From: Candidatus Bathyarchaeota archaeon
Lineage (GTDB): Archaea > Thermoproteota > Bathyarchaeia > Bathyarchaeales > Bathycorpusculaceae
Direction: 5' to 3'
Length of the DNA stretch: 64,000 bases
NCBI GenBank assembly: GCA_963832745.1
Contig: CAWHVC010000002.1
Location: 404,684 to 468,683, forward strand
The translations under genes and the position numbers were made by a program. Shown piece after piece: positions 49,779-59,453 of the stretch (its first letter is position 1; each line of letters begins with the position of its first letter). The notes beneath the pieces are model-generated. The model had not been told where the DNA came from, searched no databases, and saw only the letters and a program-made list of their open reading frames with translations.

Positions 49779-51654
49779 ATGAATGCTTATGCTGGCAGAA
49801 TTCTGCATGTAAACCTCACTTCTGGACAAACCCGAGCAGAATCTTTTAACGAAGCAACAGCGAAATCCTATCTTGGCGGCATAGGTTTAGGTATAAACCT
49901 GCTTATGGATAATTCAAAACCTGGCAGAGACCCCTTTGACCCAGATAATCCTCTGATTTACTGCACTGGCCCGTTAAGCGGCACTTTAGGTCCTGCAGGA
50001 AACGGTTACGCCGTAGTTTCAAAATCTCCATCAACCGGCGGCGTCGGTGAAGGACAAGTTCAAGGCTTTTTTGGTCCAGAACTTAAACGTGCAGGTTACG
50101 ATGCAATCATAATTAAAGGCAAAGCATCCAGCCTATCTTACTTATGGATTGACGATGACAAAATCGAAATCCGAAACGCTGAACACCTCAAAGGCAACAG
50201 CGTTAAAGACATTGAACAAAAAATACGCGACGAAATAGGCGATTTCTACATTCGCGTATCAGGCATTGGCGAAGCAGGAGAAAAACTCTGCAGATTTGCC
50301 ACTATCCTTAGTGACGAATTTCATGCAGCCGGACGCACCGGGCTTGGCGCTGTAATGGGTTCCAAAAACTTAAAAGCCATAGCAGTTCGCGGAACACATG
50401 ACGTTAACGTTGAAAACCTTGAAGCATTCACACAATTCGTAAAAACCCTCTATGAACGTGTGAAAAATCCAGAAAGCAACAAATACCAACCATCTGCTCC
50501 TGAAAACCTGTTGGAGCTAAACTCGCTTTCAGCTTTAGCAACAAAAAACTGGACCAACGCAGCTTTTGAAGGCGCCGAAAAAATTAACGGTGAATACCTA
50601 AACGATCATTATGTTAAGAAAACAGTTGGTTGTGCAACTTGCGGAATGAGTTGCGACCGAATCGCCGTGGTTCCAGATGGACCATTCATGGGCGTGACGG
50701 CACAGATTGACTTTGACTGCCTCCTAAGTATGGGTCCACTTTGCGGAGTTGACCGATTAGATGCTATAGTTGAAGCAACAAGGCTAATCAACCATTACGG
50801 AATGGACTGCATTTCAGTTGGAGCCGCAATCGCTTTCGCAATGGACCTTTATGAGCACGGCGTAATCAGCAGTGAGCAAACTGGCGACATTGACTTGCGT
50901 TTTGGAAACATTGACGCCCTCCTTGAAACGATTAATAAGATTGGTAAACGTGAAGGCTGGCTGGGTAACACTCTTGCTGAAGGCGTGGCAAAAGCTGCAG
51001 AAACAATCGGTGGAGAAGCCGTCAAATATGCGTGTCACGTTAAAGGCTTAGAATTGCCCGGTTATGATTTGCGGACGTTAAAGAATGCAGCTTTGGGCTT
51101 CTCAGTAGCGTTTAGCGGTGATGGACACTTACGTAATGGCGCCCAACTGTTAGATATCAAAGGTAAAGTTGACCGCCATAAAATCGAGAGCGGCGTAGGA
51201 AACATGCTTGTTGAGAAAAGCCAACTTTACAACGTACTTGACTCTTTAATCCTTTGCAAGTTTAGCCCAGAAACATACACTTGGAAAGATTTGGCTGATT
51301 ATTACACGTTTGCAACAGGCATCCAAACTTCGGAAGAAGAACTGAAACAGGTCAGGCGACAGAATAGAAAACCTTGCACGATTATTCAACATCTTAGAAG
51401 GAAAAGGCACTCGCAACTTTGACGACGTTCCCTACAAAATAAAGAATTGCCCAGTTCCCGATGAAGGCCCCGAAAAAGGCGCCATTGTCACTGACGATGA
51501 ATTACAGTTTGGCATTGACGATTACTATGTTGCACGCGGTTGGACAGCAGACGGAATTCCAACAGTGGAACGCTTAAAACAGGTTGGTTTAGGCAGCTTA
51601 TCCTATATTTCTGAAAGCGCTATAAAAGCCGCTCGAACACAGGGGGCAAACTAA
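49779..51654 (+). CDS. Aldehyde:ferredoxin oxidoreductase family protein, copy 1 (most divergent), +1 frameshift at about 51350
   Basis: KSPSTG, AGRTGLGAVMGSKNLKAI, CxxCxxxC, DSLILC. The C-terminal DDYY..RGW..DGIP follows in a shifted frame to TAA at 51654. Confidence 0.88.
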
Positions 51655-51655
51655 C

Positions 51656-52177
51656 ATGGTTGACCGTCATCAGGACCGAAAATTCGTTGTTTCTGACCCA
51701 GAAAAATGCAACGGGTGCAGCCTCTGCGAATACGTTTGCAGTATGGTTAACGAGAAAACGTTCAATCCTAACAAGTCCAGAATCCGAGTCACCCGCATGG
51801 GTCCACTTGCTAACGTGGCGGTCTCTTGCCGAAAATGCGAAGACCCCGTTTGTGTTGCATCCTGCCCAAAAAATGCGCTGTCACAAGAAGAAAGTACCGG
51901 AATTATCCGCGTTAACGAGCATGCTTGCACTGGCTGCGGTTGGTGTGTTGGCGCTTGCCCGTTTGGAGCCATGAATCTGCATCCTGACAAAAAAGTTGCC
52001 TACACCTGTAACAGTTGCACAGACACTGATTCAAAAGGTGAACCTCAATGTGTACAATGGTGCCCCGAGGGAGCATTACAGTATGTTACTACGGAAACGT
52101 TGGCTCAAAAGGCAAGGCAAAAAATTGTTACTCAACTACTTGAGGCACATGAGAACAGCAAAGAAAACGCCGAATAA
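51656..52177 (+). CDS. Four-cluster 4Fe-4S ferredoxin-like subunit
   Basis: CxxCxxCxxxC, CxxCxxxxCxxxCP, CxxCxxCxxxCP, CxxC..CxxxCP. Confidence 0.92.
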   Translation: MVDRHQDRKFVVSDPEKCNGCSLCEYVCSMVNEKTFNPNKSRIRVTRMGPLANVAVSCRKCEDPVCVASCPKNALSQEESTGIIRVNEHACTGCGWCVGACPFGAMNLHPDKKVAYTCNSCTDTDSKGEPQCVQWCPEGALQYVTTETLAQKARQKIVTQLLEAHENSKENAE

Positions 52178-52185
52178 CAAATTTT

Positions 52186-52521
52186 TTAGTGTTTCAGTTC
52201 GATTAAATCAAATCTGGTTGGTTTAGAACCCGCTGCTCTCATGGCTTGGATCCTTTTAAGCTGTTCAGGGTTGCCAAGGGCGGATTCAATCATTTGCCTT
52301 TCAAGTTCTTCAGTGAACTCTGATTTGTAAATTTTGACTGTTGCTTGATACATTTTTGCTCTCTTAACTTTTTCTAAATCCACTTGCTGTTCAGCGTTAA
52401 AGCTTAAAGGGCATCCTAAATCTAAATCAAAAACGTCAACTTCACGTTTCCTATTGTCAACTTTTAGGATTCTAACTCTTTTTTGAACCGTTTCAACATA
52501 TTTCCAGTCAGGGCTCATCAT
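52186..52521 (-). CDS. Hypothetical protein (beta-rich N-terminus, possibly OB-like)
   Basis: Open 111-aa frame between AOR units. Confidence 0.65.
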   Translation of the reverse strand: MMSPDWKYVETVQKRVRILKVDNRKREVDVFDLDLGCPLSFNAEQQVDLEKVKRAKMYQATVKIYKSEFTEELERQMIESALGNPEQLKRIQAMRAAGSKPTRFDLIELKH

Positions 52522-52850
52522 TGTAAATCAAGCGTTCATAAAACGTGCATTCTTCTTTAATTAATAGTTTGCTTTAAGTGTCAATTTATTGTTTTGCGAA
52601 AAAAGTTTTACTTTAACGCTGGACAATTAGCTTTTCAATTAAACAAAACCCGCTAATACAGCAATATTGTAAATTTTTTAGAGTTAATATGCCAATTTTT
52701 TGCCAATGCACTTTCCCCTAACTTTAGTAACCTAAAATGCTATTAAGAATGTTACAACATCAAAAAAGCCATGAATTTTTGTCCTGATAACCCATTAGAT
52801 TAATATACTTTTAAATGACTCAATCATCTAAACTCGTTGGGGAATAATGT

Positions 52851-54707
52851 TTGCTCGGTTACTCAGGAAGAATCTTATATCTCGATTTGACCACCGGTAA
52901 GAATCACACCGAAAAACTTAACGAAGAAACCGCTAAAAAATATGTTGGCGGAATCGGGCTAGGCATGCACCTTTACCTTAACAATTCAAAAAAGGGTGTA
53001 GACCCCTTAAGCCCAGAAAACCCGCTTGTTCTTTCAGTCGGACCACTCGCCGCCACAATGTTCCCAACAGGCGGAAACGGTCACGCATTCATATCTAAAT
53101 CGCCAGAAACAAACGGCGTAGGTGAATCAGTTAGTCACGGCACTTTTGGCACAGAACTAAAACGTGCAGGCTACGATGCAGTAGTTTTAACAGGTAAAGC
53201 TGAAAAACCAGTTTACCTCTTAATCGACGATGACTCAATAGAGTTACGCGATGCAACCAAGCTTTGGGGCACTTCACCCTCAGAAGCTGAAGATGCAATA
53301 AAAAACGAAATCGGCGACTTCTACGTACGCGTAGCATCAATTGGTCTTGCAGGCGAAAAGCTTTCTAAAATTGCTTGCATAATTAACGATAAAACTCGTG
53401 CAGCTGGTCGTACTGGTCTTGGCGCCATAATGGGTTCCAAAAACCTTAAAGCCATAGCAGTACGAGGCACAAACGATGTTGCAATTTCTAAACCAGACGA
53501 ATTCTTCAGTTTAGTGAAAGAATTTCATGAACGTATGAAAGGTCCAGCGGCTCAGAAATACCGCACAATGGGCTCAACAGATAACCTTATGCATCAAAAC
53601 AAAATGTTCTGCGTTCCAACTCGTAACTATAATGACTCTCATTTCGAGCTTGCCGACCGAATCAGCAGCACCATCATAAACCAACGATACGTTTCCAAAA
53701 TTATTGCTTGTAACTCTTGTGCAATGCGTTGTGAACATGAAGTAGTAATCAAAGATGGTCCCTACCGTGGAACCATGGCACGCATCGAATATGACAACCT
53801 CTGGGCTTTAGGTCCAAACTGCGGTGTAGACAAACTAAACTCAATAATCAAAGCAGCTGAACGATGCAACTATTTCGGTTTAGACGCCCAAAGCACAGGC
53901 GGCGTAGTCAGCTTCATTATGGACTGCCACGAAAAAGGTATCCTCACTCATGAAGACCTAGAAGGAATAGATGCCCACTTCGGCAACGCAAGCGCAATGC
54001 TTGCAATCATCGACAAAATCGGTCGACGCGACGGTATAGGCGACATGTTTGCAGACGGCGTTAAAGCTGCAGCTGAAAAAATCGGCAAAGGATCAGAAAA
54101 ACTTGCTCAACACATCAAAGGTTTAGAAGTCACAGGTTATGACGTAAGATGCCTAAAAACTGCTGCTTTAAGCTATGCAGTATCATTCCGGGGTGCAGAC
54201 CATAACAGAAGCGGCGCTTTCACTGTTGATCTACGGGGCAAAGTTGACCGTCTAAAAGCTGAAGCTGGCAGAGGCAAAATAGTTAAAGACCTTGAAGATT
54301 CTTTTAACTTGATTGACTCCTTGATTGTTTGCAAGAATTCCAAAGGCACTTTCTATAGGGAACTTGAAGAAATGGCCAAAATCTATAACGCGACTACTGG
54401 CATAGACGTAACTCCACAAGAACTTGAATTAGCCGGCGAACGTATACAAGCCCTTGCAAAACTAATCAACACTCGTGAAGGCTTAACACGCAAAGACGAT
54501 ACGCTTCCATGGAAAGTTATGAATCAACCAATCAGCGATGATGGTCCAGCAAAAGGTGCAGTTGTAACTCCAGATGAACTAAATCTTATGCTTGACGATT
54601 ACTACCAAGCCCGCGGCTACGACAAACAAGGCATTCCAACTAAAGCTAAACTTCAAGAATTAGGTTTAGAAGAATATTTGGACATAATAGAAAACAAGGG
54701 GGACTAA
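52851..54707 (+). CDS. Aldehyde:ferredoxin oxidoreductase family protein, copy 2
   Basis: KSPET, RAAGRTGLGAIMGSKNLKAI, CNSCAMRC, RGADH, DSLIVC, DDYY..RG. Confidence 0.93.
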   Translation: MLGYSGRILYLDLTTGKNHTEKLNEETAKKYVGGIGLGMHLYLNNSKKGVDPLSPENPLVLSVGPLAATMFPTGGNGHAFISKSPETNGVGESVSHGTFGTELKRAGYDAVVLTGKAEKPVYLLIDDDSIELRDATKLWGTSPSEAEDAIKNEIGDFYVRVASIGLAGEKLSKIACIINDKTRAAGRTGLGAIMGSKNLKAIAVRGTNDVAISKPDEFFSLVKEFHERMKGPAAQKYRTMGSTDNLMHQNKMFCVPTRNYNDSHFELADRISSTIINQRYVSKIIACNSCAMRCEHEVVIKDGPYRGTMARIEYDNLWALGPNCGVDKLNSIIKAAERCNYFGLDAQSTGGVVSFIMDCHEKGILTHEDLEGIDAHFGNASAMLAIIDKIGRRDGIGDMFADGVKAAAEKIGKGSEKLAQHIKGLEVTGYDVRCLKTAALSYAVSFRGADHNRSGAFTVDLRGKVDRLKAEAGRGKIVKDLEDSFNLIDSLIVCKNSKGTFYRELEEMAKIYNATTGIDVTPQELELAGERIQALAKLINTREGLTRKDDTLPWKVMNQPISDDGPAKGAVVTPDELNLMLDDYYQARGYDKQGIPTKAKLQELGLEEYLDIIENKGD

Positions 54708-54711
54708 AAGT

Positions 54712-55236
54712 ATGGCGAAACTTCATGAAAGAAAATTCATATCCGCCGACCCCGAAAAATGTGTAGGCTGCCAAATCTGCGAATACGCATGCTCATTCGG
54801 TAAAGAAAGAGTCTTCAACCCCACCAAATCCAGAATCCGAGTAATACGCGAAAACCAAATAAACAACATAGCAGTCACCTGCAGGCTCTGCGAAACACCC
54901 GCTTGCGTTGCTGCCTGTCCACGAAACGCGCTTTCACAATCAGCAACCGGCAACATCATCATTGAAAAAGAAAACTGCACGGGCTGTGGTTGGTGCATTG
55001 CAGCTTGCGATTACGGCGCTATGATGCTTCATCCAGAAACCAAAATCGTGTATAGCTGTGACCTGTGCAAATTCAGAGCTGATGGTCCACAATGTGTTAA
55101 GTGGTGTCCCGAAGAAGCTTTAACCGTTGTTACCAGTGATGTTTTGGCTCAAAAGGCAAGACTCAGCGCAATCAAGAAACTGTTCCAGCCGTCAGGCGAA
55201 TCCAGAAGCCAGAAACCTCAAGAAACAACCGAATAA
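54712..55236 (+). CDS. Four-cluster 4Fe-4S ferredoxin-like subunit
   Basis: Four Cys clusters; 4 nt downstream of AOR copy 2. Confidence 0.92.
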   Translation: MAKLHERKFISADPEKCVGCQICEYACSFGKERVFNPTKSRIRVIRENQINNIAVTCRLCETPACVAACPRNALSQSATGNIIIEKENCTGCGWCIAACDYGAMMLHPETKIVYSCDLCKFRADGPQCVKWCPEEALTVVTSDVLAQKARLSAIKKLFQPSGESRSQKPQETTE

Positions 55237-55377
55237 GCCATTATTCCTTTTTTGTTACCAACTTTTATTTTTATCAAGAAAATGAAGCTTTAAAATCAGG
55301 TCTTTAAAACCAGATTTACCCACTATATTAATATACTTTTTACAGACTATAGTTCTAAATTCGTTGGAGGAAACGGT

Positions 55378-57234
55378 TTGCTCGGTTACGCAGGAAGAGT
55401 ACTACATGTAGATTTAACCACCGGAAACACGCGCGTGGAAAAACTTGACGACGAAACCGCCAAAAAATATATCGGCGGAATCGGTTTAGGCATGAAACTT
55501 TATTTAGCTAACTCAAAAGCTGGCGTTGACCCATTAAGTCCCGAAAACCCTCTTATCTTAACTGTTGGACCCATTTCTGGTACCATGTTTCCAACAGGCG
55601 GGAATGGTCACGCTTTCATATCTAAATCCCCCGAGACAAACTTGCTTGGTGAATCAGTTAGTCACGGCACTTTTGGCGCTGAACTAAAACGTGCAGGCTA
55701 TGATGGCGTCATAATAACTGGCAAAGCTGAAAAGCCCTCATACATTTGGATAGACGATAACTCTGTACAATTACTTGATGCCGGTGCTCTTTGGGGAAAA
55801 TCACCAGGCGAAACAGAAGATGCAATAAAAGAAGAAATTGGCGACTTTTATGTTCGAGTTGCATCAATTGGTCTTGCAGGTGAAAAATTATCAAAAATCG
55901 CAAACATAATTAACGATAAAACACGTGCAGCGGGACGAACAGGCCTTGGTGCTATAATGGGTTCCAAAAACCTTAAAGCAATAGCTGTCCGCGGAACGCA
56001 CGATGTTAAAGTAGAAAAACCTGACGAATTCTTAAACATAGTGAAAGAATTTCATGAACGTATGAAAGGTCCAGCGGCTCAGAAATACCGCACAATGGGG
56101 TCCACCGAGAACCTCATGATTCAAAACTCACTTTACTGTGTTCCAACACGCAACTACAATAACGCCCACTTCGAATATGCTGATAGAATCAGCAGCGAAG
56201 TCCTAAACGAACGTTACATCGCCAAAATTATTGCTTGTAACTCTTGTGCAATGCGTTGCGAACATGAAGCTGTTGTTAAGGATGGACCGTATAAAGGTTC
56301 AATGGCGCGCATGGAGTATGATAACTTGTGGGCGCTTGGACCGAACCTTGGCGTCGACAGGCTTGACGCAATAATTAGGGCAGCTGAACTCTGCACTTAT
56401 TATGGTTTAGACGCTCAAAGCTTGGGTGGAGTAATTGCTTTTATCATGGATTGTCATGAAAGAGGCCTCATTGATCACATCCAACTTGAAGGTATTGATG
56501 CACACTTTGGTAACCAAGACGCAGTAATCCAGTTGATAGAACGGATTGCAATGAGAGATGGTATCGGTGATACCTTAGCTGACGGAGTTAGAGCTGCTGC
56601 CGCAAAAATTGGTGGAGAAACAGAACAACTCGCACAGCACATTAAAGGTTTAGAAGTAACCGGATATGACCTTAGATGCCTTAAAACTACTGCTTTAGGT
56701 GCAGCCGTGTCCTTCCGTGGCGCAGATCACACAAGAAGCGGCGCGTTCGTAGCTGATTTAACTGGCAAAGTTGACCGTCTAAAAGCTGAAGTTGGGCGCG
56801 GAAAGCTTGTAAAGGAGCTTGAAGACATGTATAATCTAATAGATTCCTTTATCATCTGCAAAAACGCTAAAGGCACATTGTATAAGGAAACTGAAGATTT
56901 AGCACAACTTTACAATGCAGTTACAGGCCAAGAAGTCTCCGCTGAAGACCTTAAACTTGCAGGTGAACGCATCGAAGCTCTTGCAAGACTCATCAACATC
57001 CGTGAAGGTTTAACCCGTAAAGATGATACCCTTCCATGGAAAGCCATGAATCTTCCAATCAAGGAAGACTGCCCCGTAAAAGGTAGCGTTGTAACTCCGG
57101 AAGAGCTTGACCTGATGCTTGACGATTACTACACTTCACGCGGTTGGACACTTAAAGGTGTACCAACCAAAGAAAAACTCCAACAACTCGGACTTGGAGA
57201 ATTCGAAAACATAACAAAAGGAAAGGAGGACTAA
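55378..57234 (+). CDS. Aldehyde:ferredoxin oxidoreductase family protein, copy 3
   Basis: Same length (618 aa) and motifs as copy 2. Confidence 0.93.
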   Translation: MLGYAGRVLHVDLTTGNTRVEKLDDETAKKYIGGIGLGMKLYLANSKAGVDPLSPENPLILTVGPISGTMFPTGGNGHAFISKSPETNLLGESVSHGTFGAELKRAGYDGVIITGKAEKPSYIWIDDNSVQLLDAGALWGKSPGETEDAIKEEIGDFYVRVASIGLAGEKLSKIANIINDKTRAAGRTGLGAIMGSKNLKAIAVRGTHDVKVEKPDEFLNIVKEFHERMKGPAAQKYRTMGSTENLMIQNSLYCVPTRNYNNAHFEYADRISSEVLNERYIAKIIACNSCAMRCEHEAVVKDGPYKGSMARMEYDNLWALGPNLGVDRLDAIIRAAELCTYYGLDAQSLGGVIAFIMDCHERGLIDHIQLEGIDAHFGNQDAVIQLIERIAMRDGIGDTLADGVRAAAAKIGGETEQLAQHIKGLEVTGYDLRCLKTTALGAAVSFRGADHTRSGAFVADLTGKVDRLKAEVGRGKLVKELEDMYNLIDSFIICKNAKGTLYKETEDLAQLYNAVTGQEVSAEDLKLAGERIEALARLINIREGLTRKDDTLPWKAMNLPIKEDCPVKGSVVTPEELDLMLDDYYTSRGWTLKGVPTKEKLQQLGLGEFENITKGKED

Positions 57235-57242
57235 AAAAGAAA

Positions 57243-57734
57243 ATGGTAAGTGTCCACAACCGAAAATTCGTCTCTGCTGACCCCGAAAAATGTGTAGGCT
57301 GCCAAGTATGCGAATACGCCTGTTCATACAGCAAAGAAAAAGCATTCAACCCAATCAAGTCACGTATCCGCGCAGTCCGCGTTAACCAAGTAGCCAACAT
57401 GGCAGTTACCTGCAGGCTCTGCGAAGAACCCGCTTGCGTTGCTGCCTGTCCACGAGACGCGCTTTCGCAGTCAAAAGATAACGGTGCAATCGTAATTGAC
57501 CCAGACAAATGCAACGGCTGCGGATGGTGCATTGAAGCCTGCGATTACGGTGCAATGATGCTGCATCCAGAAACTAAAACAGTCTATACTTGTGACTTAT
57601 GCAAAGACAAAGCTGAAGGTCCACAATGCGTTAAATGGTGCCCCGAGGAAGCATTAACCGTCGTAACAAGCGACACGTTGGCTCAAAAAGCAAGAATTAG
57701 CGCGATTAAGAAACTGTTCAGCGAAAACCCATAA
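57243..57734 (+). CDS. Four-cluster 4Fe-4S ferredoxin-like subunit
   Basis: Paralogue of 54712-55236. Confidence 0.92.
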   Translation: MVSVHNRKFVSADPEKCVGCQVCEYACSYSKEKAFNPIKSRIRAVRVNQVANMAVTCRLCEEPACVAACPRDALSQSKDNGAIVIDPDKCNGCGWCIEACDYGAMMLHPETKTVYTCDLCKDKAEGPQCVKWCPEEALTVVTSDTLAQKARISAIKKLFSENP

Positions 57735-57770
57735 CAGGGTTTTCTATATTTTAATTTTTAAATTTTGTTT
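57723..57770 (+). terminator. Hairpin plus T-rich tract after the AOR cluster
   Basis: GAAAACCC-ATAACA-GGGTTTTC 8-bp stem followed by oligo-T runs. Confidence 0.45.
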
Positions 57771-57899
57771 TCTGCTCTTTTCAGCGTATTAATAACTTAG
57801 GCTGGTTTTACCCTAACTCTTTATAGGTTTTTACATAGAACCATTAATAGGTTGGGGACTAAGATAGCTTTCTGGTTCAAATGTTTCTCTCTTGAAAAG

Positions 57900-58487
57900 T
57901 CATAAAAATTGGTTTCCGATTTTTAAGTTATTATTTGCAATTTTAGCTATTAAATAGCTGGTTGGAATAGTGTAGAACATAAGTATTGTGTCAAAAGCCA
58001 GCAGGATAGGCATCATAGAAATTATTGTGGCGTCTGAGAAAAGTTGACTAGTTACTATAGGCATCATAAATTTATACATAAAATAATTTACAAACGGCGA
58101 TATTGCCAGCCGAATTGTGAGCGCTAAAGCGGTGTAATAGATAATATTTTTTGTGTTCGAAGGTGTAATTTGCGTCTTTTTTGAGTTTTTCCATTTGATT
58201 AAAGAATATGCCAAAAACACGCCAATCAATGAAGTTAACATGATAGTAAAGTTCCATAACGGGAACAGAAAACCCAGTGGTCTGGGGAAAAGTATTGTCT
58301 GACCAATTGAACTTAATGCTGCAACTGCAACGCCTAATTTGAAACCATATAGCAAGGCTACGATTACTATTGGTATTTCCCAAAAATAAAATGATGGCAA
58401 ACCTATGATAGTGGGTATTCTAATTTGACTTAGGGCTATAGTAACCGCCGTAAAGATGCTGCATAACGCAACCTCTTTTGTATGCAT
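57900..58487 (-). CDS. ECF transporter S-component-like membrane protein
   Basis: TKEVAL..IF.A..IAL, F.WEIP..VALLYG...G pattern; about 5-6 TMs. Confidence 0.7.
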   Translation of the reverse strand: MHTKEVALCSIFTAVTIALSQIRIPTIIGLPSFYFWEIPIVIVALLYGFKLGVAVAALSSIGQTILFPRPLGFLFPLWNFTIMLTSLIGVFLAYSLIKWKNSKKTQITPSNTKNIIYYTALALTIRLAISPFVNYFMYKFMMPIVTSQLFSDATIISMMPILLAFDTILMFYTIPTSYLIAKIANNNLKIGNQFL

Positions 58488-58541
58488 GGTCGATGAGATT
58501 TATTTATTTTTTTATTTAACTTTTTCCCAAGTATCTCTAAT

Positions 58542-59330
58542 CTATTTTTTGTTGATAGTTTCTTTTGAATTCCAATATTTTTCGAAATAATTTTTGCCTA
58601 ATGCAATAATTCCTGGATTATTTGACCAGTAAAAAGACGGTCTGAAAATGTTGTTTGGCAATGTGTTGATCAGGATGTCAATGTCGTCAATTATGCCAAC
58701 TCCAACTTGAATCTCATCTCGAATATGTTTAACTCTGAAATTTGGGTTCCTTTCCAGCCGTTCCATATTTTTATCGCAAACTACCTCTTTACATGATGCT
58801 AAAATAATTCGGATTTTAACATTTTTTGCTAAAAGTTTTCTAAACAGTGGAAAATTATTTTCCCACCAAAAAGAATATTTTGAGTTTAATATCATTGTAT
58901 CTAAACTTGTCTTTGTTGTCAGCACTTGTTTTTTGGTAAAGCTTATGAGGTGTTCTTTTCCTGAAACTGCGATAAGGTGTGGCTCTATTTTGTTTTCTTC
59001 TTTATCCCTTTTTTGCATTTGATCAACTAGTTGGGCCACCTTTGCTTTCACTTCAACTGTTTCTTTATTTCTTTTTTCCAACAAGATTCTAGTTGCCAAA
59101 CTTATCGAGATTGCCTTGTACTCGCAAGGTGCTGCAATCATTTTTGTGATTAACCCATTCTTTTCAAGCTTAGGAATATTTCGATAAACAACCTCTCTGG
59201 CAAGGCTTGTTGCTTTAGCAATTTGTGTTACCGTCGATGGCTCAGATTGCAATAAACTGATAAAAATTTTCGTTTGGTTAACCGTTAAACCTAGCCGGGT
59301 AAAAGTGTCAATTTGATTCTGTAAATCCAT
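58542..59330 (-). CDS. TrmB-family transcriptional regulator
   Basis: LGLT.NQ.KI..SL, IAK...LARE.VYR..PKLEKNGL, P..YKA; C-terminal effector domain IID...YFEKYW. Confidence 0.88.
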   Translation of the reverse strand: MDLQNQIDTFTRLGLTVNQTKIFISLLQSEPSTVTQIAKATSLAREVVYRNIPKLEKNGLITKMIAAPCEYKAISISLATRILLEKRNKETVEVKAKVAQLVDQMQKRDKEENKIEPHLIAVSGKEHLISFTKKQVLTTKTSLDTMILNSKYSFWWENNFPLFRKLLAKNVKIRIILASCKEVVCDKNMERLERNPNFRVKHIRDEIQVGVGIIDDIDILINTLPNNIFRPSFYWSNNPGIIALGKNYFEKYWNSKETINKK

Positions 59331-59367
59331 TTTGGCTTAGTATATTTTTCAGAATATAAATTCTTTG

Positions 59368-59386
59368 TTACTGCAGCTTTCAGTAA
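59368..59386. promoter_or_regulatory. Putative operator between trmB and the divergent PQQ-repeat gene
   Basis: TTACTG-N7-CAGTAA inverted repeat. Confidence 0.45.
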
Positions 59387-59453
59387 TAACTCGTTATATC
59401 CCTTAGCCATCAATCCTTGATGACATTAAAAAATGGAGGAAAAATAAACAAAA

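Noticed and set aside
51340-51430. Programmed recoding (frameshift, Sec or Pyl) in AOR copy 1 and other split genes
   Set aside because: The breaks are frame changes, not in-frame TGA/TAG codons. No shared slippery motif was seen, and the indels are scattered over unrelated genes.
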